DNA of 64,000 nucleotides. Source: Octopus sinensis (Eukaryota). This document shows, piece by piece, positions 13,314-25,218 of this stretch; position 1 is the stretch's first letter; the number at the start of each line of letters is the position of its first letter. The position numbers and the translations under genes are program-made. The DNA is taken from NCBI RefSeq assembly GCF_006345805.1, contig NC_043012.1:49910001-49974000 (forward strand). The letters run 5' to 3'. Under the pieces are notes generated by a model, which had not been told where the DNA came from, made no database searches, and saw only the letters and a program-made list of their open reading frames with translations.

Positions 13314-14367
13314 GTGTATGTATGTATGTATACATGTATATATGGATGTATATGTATATGTGAATGAGCATGTATGTGTATTCGCCTATGTTACGAATTC
13401 AGATGTATGTATGCGAGTTTATAGTTGAACGCGATACCCGAAACATTTTGGAAAAGTCAAACGATTAGAGAACCTAATCGATGTTCAAACTTCTTTGTTG
13501 ATACGTCAGAATCTAATCGTAATCTTTGAACTAAAAAATATGGCAAATTGTAGAATTTAAATACATGTTCCATGTTTTTCCATTTGAAAGTTTAAAATTT
13601 TGATGTTTATTCTGCAGTTGGAATCTATCAGATGAAACCCAATGCTTTAGTGTCTTACCACATCCACAAGACAATAGGTATATAGTAAACATACCTATTC
13701 CTTATTGGCACATTCTTTATATCACATAACATAAAATCCCTCTAAAAATCCACCCTGTATTATCACAAATACTGGGCGGGTGGAGTTCTTCTCAACGATT
13801 CTCATATTTTTTTTCTTATGTAGAATCCATGCTCTTATTCCGTACAACTTGGCATCCGGACGTTTATAAGAGCGTCTGCCGAACGAGTTCTGCATGCAAT
13901 GATCCAGGCGTACTTACCCGTCTACATGTATACGCTAGACATTGCAAATGTGGAATAAACTCTATGCTGATATTGCTAGACTGTTCACCTCTTAGCCTGT
14001 CATTACTACTGATTGTGGGTGCCCAGATCGCTAAGGTAGCTTACACTTATCATCGTCTACACTTCGATGATTAAGTGGTTCCGTTGTGCCAGTTGGTTTG
14101 CGTTACGACTTATAGAGAACATCAGCCCCGCTGTATGTTATATTTGAAGTTAAAAATCAAGGTTGTACTGTCTTCAGAATCCGACACGCATAGCATATCA
14201 CCATTATTATGTGCGTGAGGAGGTCTCCATACGCGTCGTCAAACGTTTCTCGCGCTAAATTTCAGCCTTAATTTTGAGGGGTCACGCATTCACACCTCCT
14301 ATTCTCCTCCTCCCCCTCCTCTTACTCCTCTTTTTCTTTCTTTTTATTAAACCATTTCTTTTATTCC

Positions 14368-14432
14368 TTTATTTCTTTCAGTCATTTGACTGCTGTCATG
14401 CTGGAGCACCTCCTTTAGTCGAACAAATCGAC
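14368..14432 (-). mobile_element. SINE family A, 3' fragment
   Basis: tttcagtcatttgactgc.gtcatgctggagcacc.cctttagtcga.caaatcga is the reverse complement of the family A tail. Confidence 0.75.
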
Positions 14433-16284
14433 GCTAAAATCCATCCTGATGTAATTGCTGAACTCTAACGATTCACTACTAGCTATCCCTCATTTCTAGC
14501 AAACAGCTTCAGATCGTCCACATAAAAGAAATGACATCCTATAATATTATATATTTTGAATCCATACCTGGTGTTATTCAGCTCGTTTGAAAGTAGGATC
14601 AGTGAAATTCAAAAGCGTAATGGGGTGAGGGAGTCACCTTGAAAGATGCCTTGCTTGATGTTGGTGCTTAGATTGGCGCATCACATTATTTTGGTCCAGA
14701 AGGAGACGTGTATTTCATTTAGTCATGCTACCATGTAAGAATTCTGAAACGACAGCAGATTTCTTGTATATGTATCAAGGGCCTTGAGTAGTCAATTATG
14801 TAGCACACTATCAAACGATTTCCTGTAGTTTATCTATGCTATATTCACATTGTTATTGTTGCTTCGGCAATTCTCTACAATCATTTTATTTGCGTAATTG
14901 ATATTTGCTTCTATAAGAATTTCTTTTTAGTGTATATGTGTTTTCTGTTAGTATGGATGTGAGGATTTTGTAGGTGGTGAGCTTTTGCTTCTTCGAACTT
15001 CTCTTCATTATTCCCTTCAAATTCTGAGTCATGTCTATTCTAGTGTTCTTGAGGTAAGTCTTCTTTCTCCTCTTTTCTGGCATATTTGTTTTTCACTATT
15101 CCTTTTCAGCTTCCTTGTTGGGATGTACTGCTCGTACACTGCGTTCTGTGCATCTGTTACCTATTTCATCTCGTTGCTGTTTTCATGTGGTATACAATGC
15201 GATGTGTGTGTGTCCTAATTTGGTTAATTTCAGCGTCAGTTAACTTTTATTGTTTGTGATGTCTATAAGTACGTAACTTAATTTATTTGCGTTTAAATGT
15301 CTTCGTACTTCGTTGTCTACTGAGTTTCTCTATGACGTGAATGTTTGTGCAATGAGATTTTGTTTGGGGCAAGTTGGGTTGTATAAAAAAGCTTTCAACA
15401 CACTATATAATCCCCTCTAGACCACTTTAAGCGTTTTGCTTTAGATGGTAATTTTGGTGTAACTACAGGTCTATGATTAGTGTTATCCTGGTTCTGGTTA
15501 CCTGGTAGTTTGTTTTTTCAGGAGGAGAAATTGTTTCAGCTGCAGACTTTGCAACTCCAGATAGGTTCCCCACTGGGTAACGCAGTCCTTGTGCCGGGCG
15601 ATGACTAGTGAAATTTGGCTTTTTATTAAAGCATTGAAGATGACAAGAGACTAGTCTGTTTGTTAGTGAATGAGTTTGTGACATAACACAGTTCCTTGTT
15701 CTTCAAATGAATATATTTATCATATCGTAGGCTGACAGATCGAAAATCGCCTCCATTTGTGTCGGTAGCTATGTTTCTGGACATAACTATTTACTGATGT
15801 TAAAAACTGAGTGACTAACCTGCTCCCTTTGATATTCGTTCGAGGGAAGCCGCTTTGTTTTGTTTGGTACGGCGTCGCTCGTTCCACGTTTTTCTTTTAT
15901 TTTGTGTGTATACGTGTGTCGTGTAAGTATTATTTATGTTGCATATAAGTATTAGTACGTGAACATGGATGCATGGACAATTGTGTTTATAGGTAATTAT
16001 TAATTTTATGTACATACTGTGTAATTAGTGGGTTTTTCCTGGGTTTCTGGTGTTGGTTTCCACGTCCTGCGTATGTGACGTTCAGATATCACGCATTTAA
16101 GAAAGAGACTACACTGTATGTAACAAAATTCTTTCCAATTTTTTTTAGTTTCTTTTGCTTTAACAGGACTTTTCCCATAATTGTATCACGAAGTTTTTTT
16201 TCCATTGCACCGATGTTATTGGATTAAGCTTGTTTTGTGGAGGGGGCTTCTTGGAGTATATCCATGTTGTTATGAAGCCCGGAA
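14433..16284 (-). mobile_element. R4/Dong-type LINE relic with apparent 5' UTR, N-terminal region and RT motifs
   Basis: The minus strand reads AKRLKWSRGDY and RHLNANKLSYV (N-terminal region), INYRKSFDSV (14804-14833), NIKQGIFQGDSLTPL (14618-14662) and FYVDDLKLFARN (about 14495-14530). Many stops. The 5' end abuts the (ATT)n tract. Confidence 0.85.
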
Positions 16285-16289
16285 CTATA

Positions 16290-16380
<91 letters not shown>

Positions 16381-16391
16381 CATTATTGTTA

Positions 16392-16430
<39 letters not shown>

Positions 16431-16462
16431 TATTATTATTATTATTATTATCATTATTGTTA

Positions 16463-16511
<49 letters not shown>

Positions 16512-16522
16512 CATTATTTTTA

Positions 16523-16564
<42 letters not shown>

Positions 16565-16573
16565 TTATTATTC
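16285..16573. repeat. Long (ATT)n microsatellite
   Basis: Direct reading; explains the poly-I, L, Y and N ORFs. Confidence 0.98.
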
Positions 16574-17250
16574 AGTAGTCTAATTTTTATCGTGTACTTT
16601 AACTGCACTACCGAGAGCAGCTCACTGTGCATTGGGTATGATATTCGCCTACTGTGATAGGAATTGTTTCTGTTTTACGACTCTACATTCGAGTTAACTG
16701 TATTTCCAGATCTTTGTATTTTCAAGATTTCTCTTTTAGAGAAACATTGTCATCTGTTGGCATTGATACATCGATTCGAAAGCATTTTTCCTGGCGATCT
16801 CTGAAAACTATATCCGCGCTATTGGCCTTAATTACTCTATCTGTGTGAATCCCAAAATATTTTTCATTTTCTGTGAACTTTTCTGGCGTGCGCCTATACC
16901 ACCTTTCTTCTGTTGTTATTCCATAGTGTTGGCATAGCTTCCAGTGTATATAGGTCCCAACTCAGTCATGTCTGTGAATATATTCCTTCTTAGCCAGAGA
17001 AAATATGATTAATTGTTTCTCCTCCAGTTCCATATATTTCTGCAGTTACTCGTACTTCTTTTCATTACATGTTTTTGGTAATTTCTGGTGGGGAGGCTTT
17101 GGTTTTGTGCAGCAATTAAAAATCTTTCAGTCTCTGCTTTGAGTCCTGAGCTTCTCAGCCATTGCTGGGATTTTGACTTGCCTATTTCATTTGCATTTAG
17201 TTTAATCCAGTATTTGCCATGCAGGAGCTATCTTGCCATCGTTTCATCGT
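16574..17250 (-). mobile_element. R4/Dong-type LINE 3' fragment (zinc-knuckle region, RLE endonuclease, 3' UTR)
   Basis: The minus strand gives HGKYWIKLNANE, QQWLRSSGLKAETERFLIAAQNQSLPTRNYQKH, EYIHRHD-like and IHTDRVIKANSADIV, homologous to 35900-36540. The 3' end runs into the (TAA)n tract. Confidence 0.88.
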
Positions 17251-17530
17251 GATCGCCAGCCGGTGGTTGTCACGCGCTGATGACGAGTCAATACTCAGAA
17301 ACTCGGGTCCGTGTGTATCGCGTCAGGCTGGAGATGAGAACGATGGTTTCCCTTCGCAAATACTGAAAGAGCACAGAAAGTGTCTCAATATCCAGCTGGA
17401 AGAGATGTCTTCCTGGGGTTATAAACTACAGTAGCATCGTCCCTTTATGGGTCAGCCACATTTAGGTGGCAAATACACCTCACGATGTCCTGCTACTGTT
17501 TACATCTCGTTCAGGGGTTTATTATTGCTT
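17251..17530 (+). mobile_element. PLE pLTR-like fragment with hammerhead motif, related to 8230-8480
   Basis: HHR at 17271-17315. The downstream ttcccttcg.aaata...cacag.aaa...ggaag..gatgt.tcct.gg run is shared with about 8340-8415. Confidence 0.6.
17271..17315 (+). ncRNA. Minimal type I hammerhead ribozyme motif
   Basis: CACGCG (stem I) CUGAUGA C GAG-UCAAUA-CUC A GAAA CUCGGG (self-complementary with G.U) UC / CGUGUG (6-bp stem I). Predicted cut after 17309. Confidence 0.7.
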
Positions 17531-17587
17531 ATATATATATGTACACACACACACACGCACGCACACACACACACACACACACACATA

Positions 17588-17645
<58 letters not shown>

Positions 17646-17649
17646 GTTG

Positions 17650-17840
17650 TTGAAATTTACAGAAAAACAAAAGACAAAGACAGGTGTATGAACAATTTGC
17701 AGGTGTTTTAGTTTGACGCTCGGGTAAGTAATAAAGTCTTCTTGACGTTTCGAGTCTACGCTCTTCAGCTGAAAGAAATAACAGAAAATGAATAGAGAGA
17801 GAGAAAAAAAACTTGTAGATTTAGCGGTCAAGCATGGCGA
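17650..17840 (-). mobile_element. Fragment of PLE-type repeat family E with degenerate HHR
   Basis: The minus strand reads cagctgaagagcgtagactcgaaacgtc...cccgagcgtcaaactaa, homologous to 42360-42490 and 59715-59845. Confidence 0.6.
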
Positions 17841-17986
17841 CAGGTTGGAAAAAGAAAGCTTAATATATACAGACATTCATTTACATATATATACATGCAT
17901 GTTTGTGTGTGTGTGTGTGTGTGAGTTTGTATATATACTTATATATGTACATGTATACACATGCACACACACACACAAACACACAC

Positions 17987-18024
<38 letters not shown>

Positions 18025-19287
18025 TGATTGTATACAGTAAATGTGTACGCTTTAATCATCCATACATATGTACTTCGTATTTTCTGCATACTCACATGAA
18101 TATATATATATATAAATATATATATGTGTGTGTGTGTATGTGTGTGTGTGTGTGTGTGTGCATGTATGTGTTAGATTATGTGTGTGCGTGCGTGTGTGCG
18201 TGTGTGTGTGTGTGCAAATGTTTGCGTTTGCGCATGCATATATGTATATATTTCAGGCTCATATGTAAATACACTGTCACATATTTTGAATTTGATAAAC
18301 AATTTACATTGTGCTTGCAAAACTAATTTTATTCAGGGCTTAAGATTGTTCATTCACTTCTTTTCTTTTGTAATCATCCTTACGTAGGTTCATCATCTTT
18401 CTCTACGCACCAGAAACCCACTTACACACACGGGCAAACAGAAAAATACACAGCTCAACAAATAGTAAGTATCTGTGTTATCTAGGTCTGTAATGTTATG
18501 TAACATATTACTGCAATACTTACAAAAGCATGCTCACACACACACGCACACGTACACATGCACTTATAGGCATCTGTCCATTTTGTACCGTGTTGATTAC
18601 TCAGAGAATTGGATGGGGAAGAAATACGAAGTAAAAATCCCCTGAAAATAGCTTCTTTTCAACACCATCAGATGGTTTATCTTGACTGTATTTTAAGTTT
18701 TTTTCCCGCTCATAATTTTCAGTAATATAATTTTAGAAAGATTGCAATGTGATAAGAGAATATTCCATAGATGTCTGATAGCAAGAATATTTCGTAAATG
18801 TATAAAAGAAAAAAAAAATACATAAATAAAACGAAATAAAACAAAAATTAAATAATTGAAAATGAAAAAAGTTTTACATCGTGAAGATGTCTAATATTTG
18901 GCTTGAGAATAATTGCTCTCTGTAAGAAAACAAAATACTGGTATTTATATAACTAAGACGAAAAAAATATAATGCTTCATGTAGTAAGGATACGCACGCA
19001 CACACACACATACACACATACACACAGACGCACACAGACACACGCACATACAGATGCATATTATATAGATTGATAGATAAATAGTTAATAACAGATATGT
19101 ATACATATACATACATGTATATATGTGTATGCATATATATACATATATATATATATATACATGCATGTATATGTATACATATCTGTTATATATACATATA
19201 TGTATGTATGTATATATATATATATATATATACATACATACATACACACACATACCACGATCATATACTACATATGTGTGTGTATGC

Positions 19288-19414
<127 letters not shown>

Positions 19415-19599
19415 AAAGGGCTTAGTAAAATAAATTACTTTGCCACATACTGAACTCATTAGAAATAGTAGCTAAAAAAAAAACTTTTTAAAAACTATTT
19501 CTAATACTTAAAGAAAATCTCTCTCATATAGTGTTTGCTCAATTCAACTCACGAAAGTATGGGGGTAAAGACATTAAAAAATCAAATGCAAAGGTTATT

Positions 19600-19651
19600 T
19601 GAGAACGTACGTTTCAAGATTAGTCAACTCGACATTTCTATCATCAGCTCA
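19600..19651 (-). ncRNA. Minimal type I hammerhead ribozyme (identical to 20120-20171)
   Basis: Exact reverse complement of the plus-strand motif at 20120-20171. Confidence 0.8.
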
Positions 19652-20119
19652 GAACTCCTTGGTTTGGATTTGAAAACACTGAAAGTGGGAGCATACCCTT
19701 TCGGCTTCTTATCGCTTCTGAAGATCAGCTCGAAACTAACAGTGCCAGCAAACGCAAAATATGCAAGCGAAGAATTTCTGCTCTCCCCTTTCCACCAGCG
19801 TGGGTTAAAATCAGTAAACACTATGCTTTTTCGGTAAAATCCGAAGCATTAAATAGAGAAAGATGAATTATAATTTCAGCAATTGAGGGTAAAATTAATT
19901 AATTATTAATCAATTTCACCAAGTATTCAGTATGTAAAGGGACCATTTAAGGCGAATTCAAAGTATTACATTATATAAAAGGGCTTAGTAAAATAAATTA
20001 CTTTGCCACATACTGAACTCATTAGAAATAGTAGCTAAAAAAAAGGTCTTCAGAAGCGATAAGAAGCCGAAAGGGTATGCTCCCACTTTCAGTGTTTTCA
20101 AATCCAAACCAAGGAGTTC

Positions 20120-20171
20120 TGAGCTGATGATAGAAATGTCGAGTTGACTAATCTTGAAACGTACGTTCTCA
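20120..20171 (+). ncRNA. Minimal type I hammerhead ribozyme
   Basis: UGAG (stem I) CUGAUGA U AGA-AAU-GUC-GAGUU-GAC-UAA-UCU U GAA ACGUACGU (palindromic stem III) U / CUCA (stem I). GUU triplet, predicted cut after 20167. Confidence 0.8.
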
Positions 20172-20456
20172 AATAACCTTTGCATTTGATTTTTTAATGT
20201 CTTTACCCCCATACTTTCGTGAGTTGAATTGAGCAAACACTATATGAGAGAGATTTTCTTTAAGTATTAGAAATAGTTTTTAAAAAGTTTTTTTTTAGCT
20301 ACTATTTCTAATGAGTTCAGTATGTGGCAAAGTAATTTATTTTACTAAGCCCTTTTATATAATGTAATACTTTGAATTCGCCTTAAATGGTCCCTTTACA
20401 TACTGAATACTTGGTGAAATTGATTAATAATTAATTAATTTTACCCTCAATTGCTG

Positions 20457-20549
<93 letters not shown>

Positions 20550-21345
20550 CATATACATATGCGGATAGAACAAGTGAGATAGAAGTCGAGTGCAAACAAT
20601 ATAGATGTGTATGTATGTTCTCATTCATGCATGTGTGTATGTATATAATATGTATGTATGTATGTGTAGGGGCATATTGTAGATACAATATCAGAGTACC
20701 ATTTCGTAAAAAGACTTACTGATATCTATAACTATATATATATATATTTGTTTGTATTTGCATATCGGCGCTGTGTAGAAATAACGTTATTGGTTCTGTC
20801 GAAACACAAACTAACAAAACACTCACAAAAAAACCATTGTAATGACATATACAAGTTTTCTTTGCGGCATTCATTAAGATGTTCATCGAAGAACTGTAAT
20901 CCCTCACTAACAATTTTTATAACTTAAATCAGCTCAGTTTAAGTTGATACGTGTGTTATTGAGTGCAGGGGCAGTATTTTTAACCAACAATTTACATGCT
21001 AATATTGAACGTTACATATGTGGTTCTCGATTTTCATTATTCCGATATTTACATATGTTTGTGTGTGTGTGTGTGTGTGTTTATGTGCATGTGTTCTTTG
21101 TATGTGTATGTGAACGCTAGTCTGTGTGTTATTGTGTGTAAATAGTATGGCAGAACTGCTAAGTGTTCTGCCTTGCAATCATGACTTTACTGATGCAAAC
21201 CCGTTGCCGATGGTCTGTAGCAAATTAATTGTATTATAGACTCTGTAGACCTATGACCTGTGAGTGTATTTGATTAGATTGACGTTATGTATTTTGACTA
21301 TACTGCTGTGGCACGCACTATTTCACACCATTTTTGCTCGTATAA

Positions 21346-21739
21346 TCTTTATATATAAAAGTGAGGTTGTGTGTTGTCTGTCTCCTACGATTTAGATTCC
21401 TAACTACTCCCACATTTTGCGGTGCAGTTTAACCAAAACCGGGTATCTTCTAGTCGTGATTCATATCGAGCCCTTCTGGGTATTAGCGGGCGTCTACAAT
21501 GAGTCTACGATTTTAAAAATAATTTACCATCAATTTTTCCCATTTTTAATGAATTTTTGGCATATATAAGGGAAGTAACTCTCTAAAAATTTATTATTAA
21601 ATCTCAGAACGTAAAAGCTACAGTAACACCCCCCTTTGTGGTTAGCCATATTGAGATGGCTATTATACTTTACATCTCTAAAAATGATAATATAGTTATT
21701 TCCCTTACAAACCCGAGCAACGCCGGGCGATACTGCTAG
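21346..21739 (+). mobile_element. Non-autonomous Helitron
   Basis: Starts with TC after A, ends with CTAG before T, has a subterminal hairpin cccgagcaacgccggg and no TSD. A second copy lies at 54554-54841. Confidence 0.9.
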
Positions 21740-21754
21740 TACTGAATAAAAATC

Positions 21755-22045
21755 GAAACGCCGCCCTTTTCAAGCCTACCAAGGCTCATGGGCCCGGTTT
21801 CCGGGTTTCTGTAGCTTATGTGTTCCCCCCAGCTGGACGGGAAGCCAGTCCATTGCAGCGTTACTCAAAAAACAGGAAGAGAGAATGAGAGAAAGTTGTG
21901 TTGAAAGAGTACAACAGGGGTCGCCACCACCCCTGCCCGACCTTCATGGTGCTTTAAGGTGTTTTCGCTCAATAATCAAACACACCGCCCGGTCTGGGAA
22001 TCGAAACTGCGATCCTTCGACCGCGAGTCCGCTGCTCTAACCCAC
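21755..22045 (-). mobile_element. tRNA-derived SINE (family D)
   Basis: The minus strand head gggttagagcagcggactcgcggtcgaaggatcgcagtttcgattcccagacc has tRNA-like A/B boxes but continues into non-tRNA body sequence. Confidence 0.75.
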
Positions 22046-22647
22046 GTACTACTGAATAGTCATCCTCAAAATTGACGGGTTAGTTTACTTTTGTTGGTAC
22101 GTTTGAGTTCCTTTGGAATGTATTTCAACTTTTTTACTTTGAAATTTCAAGTCCTTCTCTTACAAACTAATAAATGGGTTTTGGCTGAACCGAGGCAGTT
22201 CGTAAAAGTCACTGGACATGCAAATTAGTTCACAGGGTAGTTAGATATGAGATTAAGTGATAAGCGATCAATTCAAAATGAAAAATTAAATTACACCATA
22301 TAGAAAACTACATATAATAGAAATATTAGATATAAGATAAAAAATGAATTACCGATGATTAAGTAATGTGGAAAATAATAAATAAAACGTATATATTTGG
22401 TAGAATAACGACACGCGTGACTATATTTAAAAAATGATTATAGTAAAAATATTAGTAGTAGTAATAAAATCACTTCAATATAAATATAGCCACTCATCAG
22501 GTTAAAAATAACTAAGTTAATAAAATAATTAATTAATAAATATACGTAAATCTTTTAACATATAAATATATATTATATTTTGTGAAATTTGATTTAGTAT
22601 TTCTAAATTGAATTTTTCTCTGTAAGTGTGGAATATTATTCTCTTAA

Positions 22648-22792
<145 letters not shown>

Positions 22793-22799
22793 TTCTCTT

Positions 22800-23225
22800 C
22801 ACGTTCATCCCCCGAAATTACGGTCTCATTATCTTCCCGTACATCTTTAACCGTTGCACTTTCCCCTCAACTTAGCACATCGATGCTTCTCCATGTCGCT
22901 GAACTCACTTTCATTTTCAAGTTTTACACGTACGCAGGCGTGATCTGCAAGTAGTAATAAGAAGTTGCAATGGGAACGAAAATGGGTTTCAATTTCGCTA
23001 ACTTATTTGTCAATTATGCCCAAATCTCCTTTCATTTCACCGGACCGAATCTATGGTCAATACATAAGCGACTCTATCACCGGAACCTCCTTTTCCCGTG
23101 AGCAACCTAATCATCTCGTCTCTTTCCTTTCTATCTTCCATCTCTCCCTTGAGTTTAGTAATGCCCTCTCCGACATTTCTGTGAAATGTCTGGACATCTT
23201 TCTGTCTAGGATCACCTCGGTCCCA
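22800..23225 (+). mobile_element. Penelope-like (Neptune-type) reverse transcriptase relic
   Basis: EVAMGTKMGFNFANLFV (GxAMGTxMGPxYANLF motif), then after a frameshift YGQYISDSITGTSFSREQPNHLVSFLSIFHLSLEFS..SVKCLDIFLS (YxRYIDD region with decayed catalytic Asp). Confidence 0.85.
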
Positions 23226-24538
23226 CTCACTCCAATTCACCTTCTAGCGAAATGCAAGTTTTTACCGTGTAACTGCTTAAACCGTGAATCTGTGTTACCG
23301 TGTAGCTGCACCAACTGCCTATTTAGGATTTACACAGCAACTAGTGACAAGATGTCTGCAGCAGTACAACGGCTCATTCCCTCATCGACACCCAGAAAAC
23401 CAAAAGTCCCTTTCCATGCAAAGTAGAGGCAAAAATTGGATCGGCATCACATGTGCAATAATAGTTAAGTTCACCAGCATGAAGCAACAAATTTAAGTTT
23501 TCAGAGATATTCCATATTCATTTGACATCTTACTCCAGTCCTCAAATGATACAAACAAACTTAATGGAACCTGAAATTTTCCCATAAAAGTTAACGACGT
23601 CCATAGTGGTGCGTGATGAATGAATGTTGACGTTAAAGATCACGTGGTAATTTTTTAACGCAAATATGAAATTTTGTGCCGTTAACGCATATTTCTTCTG
23701 TTTACTAACGCGTCCAGTCAGCTAAAATGTCGATTAACTATAAACATTGTGTAGAAAGGGAATCCTTTGACCAGTTATATAAATAAATATACGGCATATT
23801 CTTCACACATCTGACGTTAAGTGCTATTGTATAAATTCATACATATCTGTCACGATTTAAAAAATATCTAAATGTATAAAAATACGTCTGTTTTTTTCAA
23901 AGAGAGACGATGCTCTTTTTCTATTCAGCAGAAATGAAAATTTAAAATAGAGAAAAGTTTGAATTTTATTAGAATAAGGCAATGGATTTCCATACCACAG
24001 TCGCGTAAATAAAATATTCTCGCTGAATGAATGTTTTGATTATTGCAAAAATAATTACAACTTCAGAAAGTTGAGAATTCCTTTTTCGTACCGGCTTTCT
24101 TTTAGAAATTGGTGTTGAATTTATGGATTATGTTTTCCAGTAGCCTCGTTTCATTTTTAATCATACATAAACTTTTGAATTGAACATTGTTCTAACATCT
24201 TTGAAAACCAGGATGCATTTTGTATATCAGTTGAAAATGAAGATGTATTTTATATATGAATTAATAGAAAGTAAAAATAACATTGAGTTTAGTGGTGTGG
24301 ATAATATTTTGAATTCGAGTTTGATTCAACTGTGCGGTAATTTGTTTTTTTGCAGTCGCTTCGAGGTTACCCAAAGCCTTTAAATCAGAGTTGCTTAAAT
24401 AATTTTTAAAAAATATGAACCCTTTTGATCACTATTTCCCTCGGGTAGTCCCTCCTAGCCATTCGTTGTTTAAAAAATCCTAGTATATTTCTATAATTCG
24501 ATATTATTTGGAATTGTACAACAGCAATTGTCAAAATA

Positions 24539-25104
24539 TTGGGTTGTCCGGAAAGTTCGTGCCGATTTATAGTAGCTTACCTTTCCACTTATTTTAGAAC
24601 ATGGTTGATTCCATAAAATAGGATCTGGCTACACCTTCATTTAGAGCATAGTTTAAGCTATCTTTTCGCGGAAGAAGATTTATGTTCCTAAGACCTGTGT
24701 TAATTCTGTAACCCTTTAAAATGGAAGAGGAGAAATTTGATTTTCGGCTCTTGATGCTTTGGGAACACGACAAAAATTGCTGCAGCTCGGCTGGGATGTG
24801 TTACCCTACCGTCCATATTCACCAGATATTGCTCCTTCGCATTTTCACTAATTCAGGTCTCTGCAGAATAGTCTTAATGGTAAAAAATTCTATTCCTTGG
24901 ATAACGTAAAATGATATCCTGATGAATTCTTTGTCATGAAACCATCTCAATTCTGGAAAGAGGGTATTTTCAAGTTAAGGAATAGATGGAGACGCATTAT
25001 GCAACAAAATGGTTCATATGTAGCTAATTAAAGCTGTGATAGCAAGTATTTTTTTACCTTTTTCTTTCCTTTAAAAATCGGCACGAACTTTCCGGACAAC
25101 CCAA
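24539..25104 (+). mobile_element. Internally deleted mariner (566 bp) with perfect 30-bp TIRs
   Basis: TIR ttgggttgtccggaaagttcgtgccgattt at 24539-24568, inverted at 25075-25104; TA on the left and AA on the right. The N-terminus MEEEKFDFRLLMLWEH is fused to the C-terminus PYSPDIAPSHFH*FRSLQNSLNGKKF...RWRRIMQQNGSY. Confidence 0.93.
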
Positions 25105-25164
25105 AATTTTGTGTATTGCAGAAGTATAAACAATTTGTTGTAGATAAAGGTTAACAACAAAATC

Positions 25165-25218
25165 TTATATGGACCACCAAGAGCGATATAGACCCCGGTT
25201 GAGAACCTCTGCTCTAAA
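25165..25218 (-). mobile_element. Single hAT (Charlie-like) MITE terminus
   Basis: The minus strand reads tagagcagaggttctcaaccggggtc, resembling hAT CAG.GGTTCTCAACC ends. The partner end was not found. Confidence 0.45.

Noticed and set aside
13829-14074. 81-aa ORF after a possible acceptor site
   Set aside because: No recognisable domain or convincing donor, and it sits next to TE debris.
19717-19750. Second HHR-like string (CUGAAGA...CUCGAAAC) at the inversion breakpoint
   Set aside because: No stem II, and the cleavage position would be G.
19535-20236. Twin ORFs beginning MLNSTHESMGVKTLK
   Set aside because: They arise from the inverted duplication, run antisense to the HHR, start at a non-ATG codon and resemble no known protein.
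24919-24950. CUGAUGA...GAAAC motif resembling a hammerhead
   Set aside because: It lies within mariner coding sequence (PDEFFVMKP) and neither stem I nor stem II forms.
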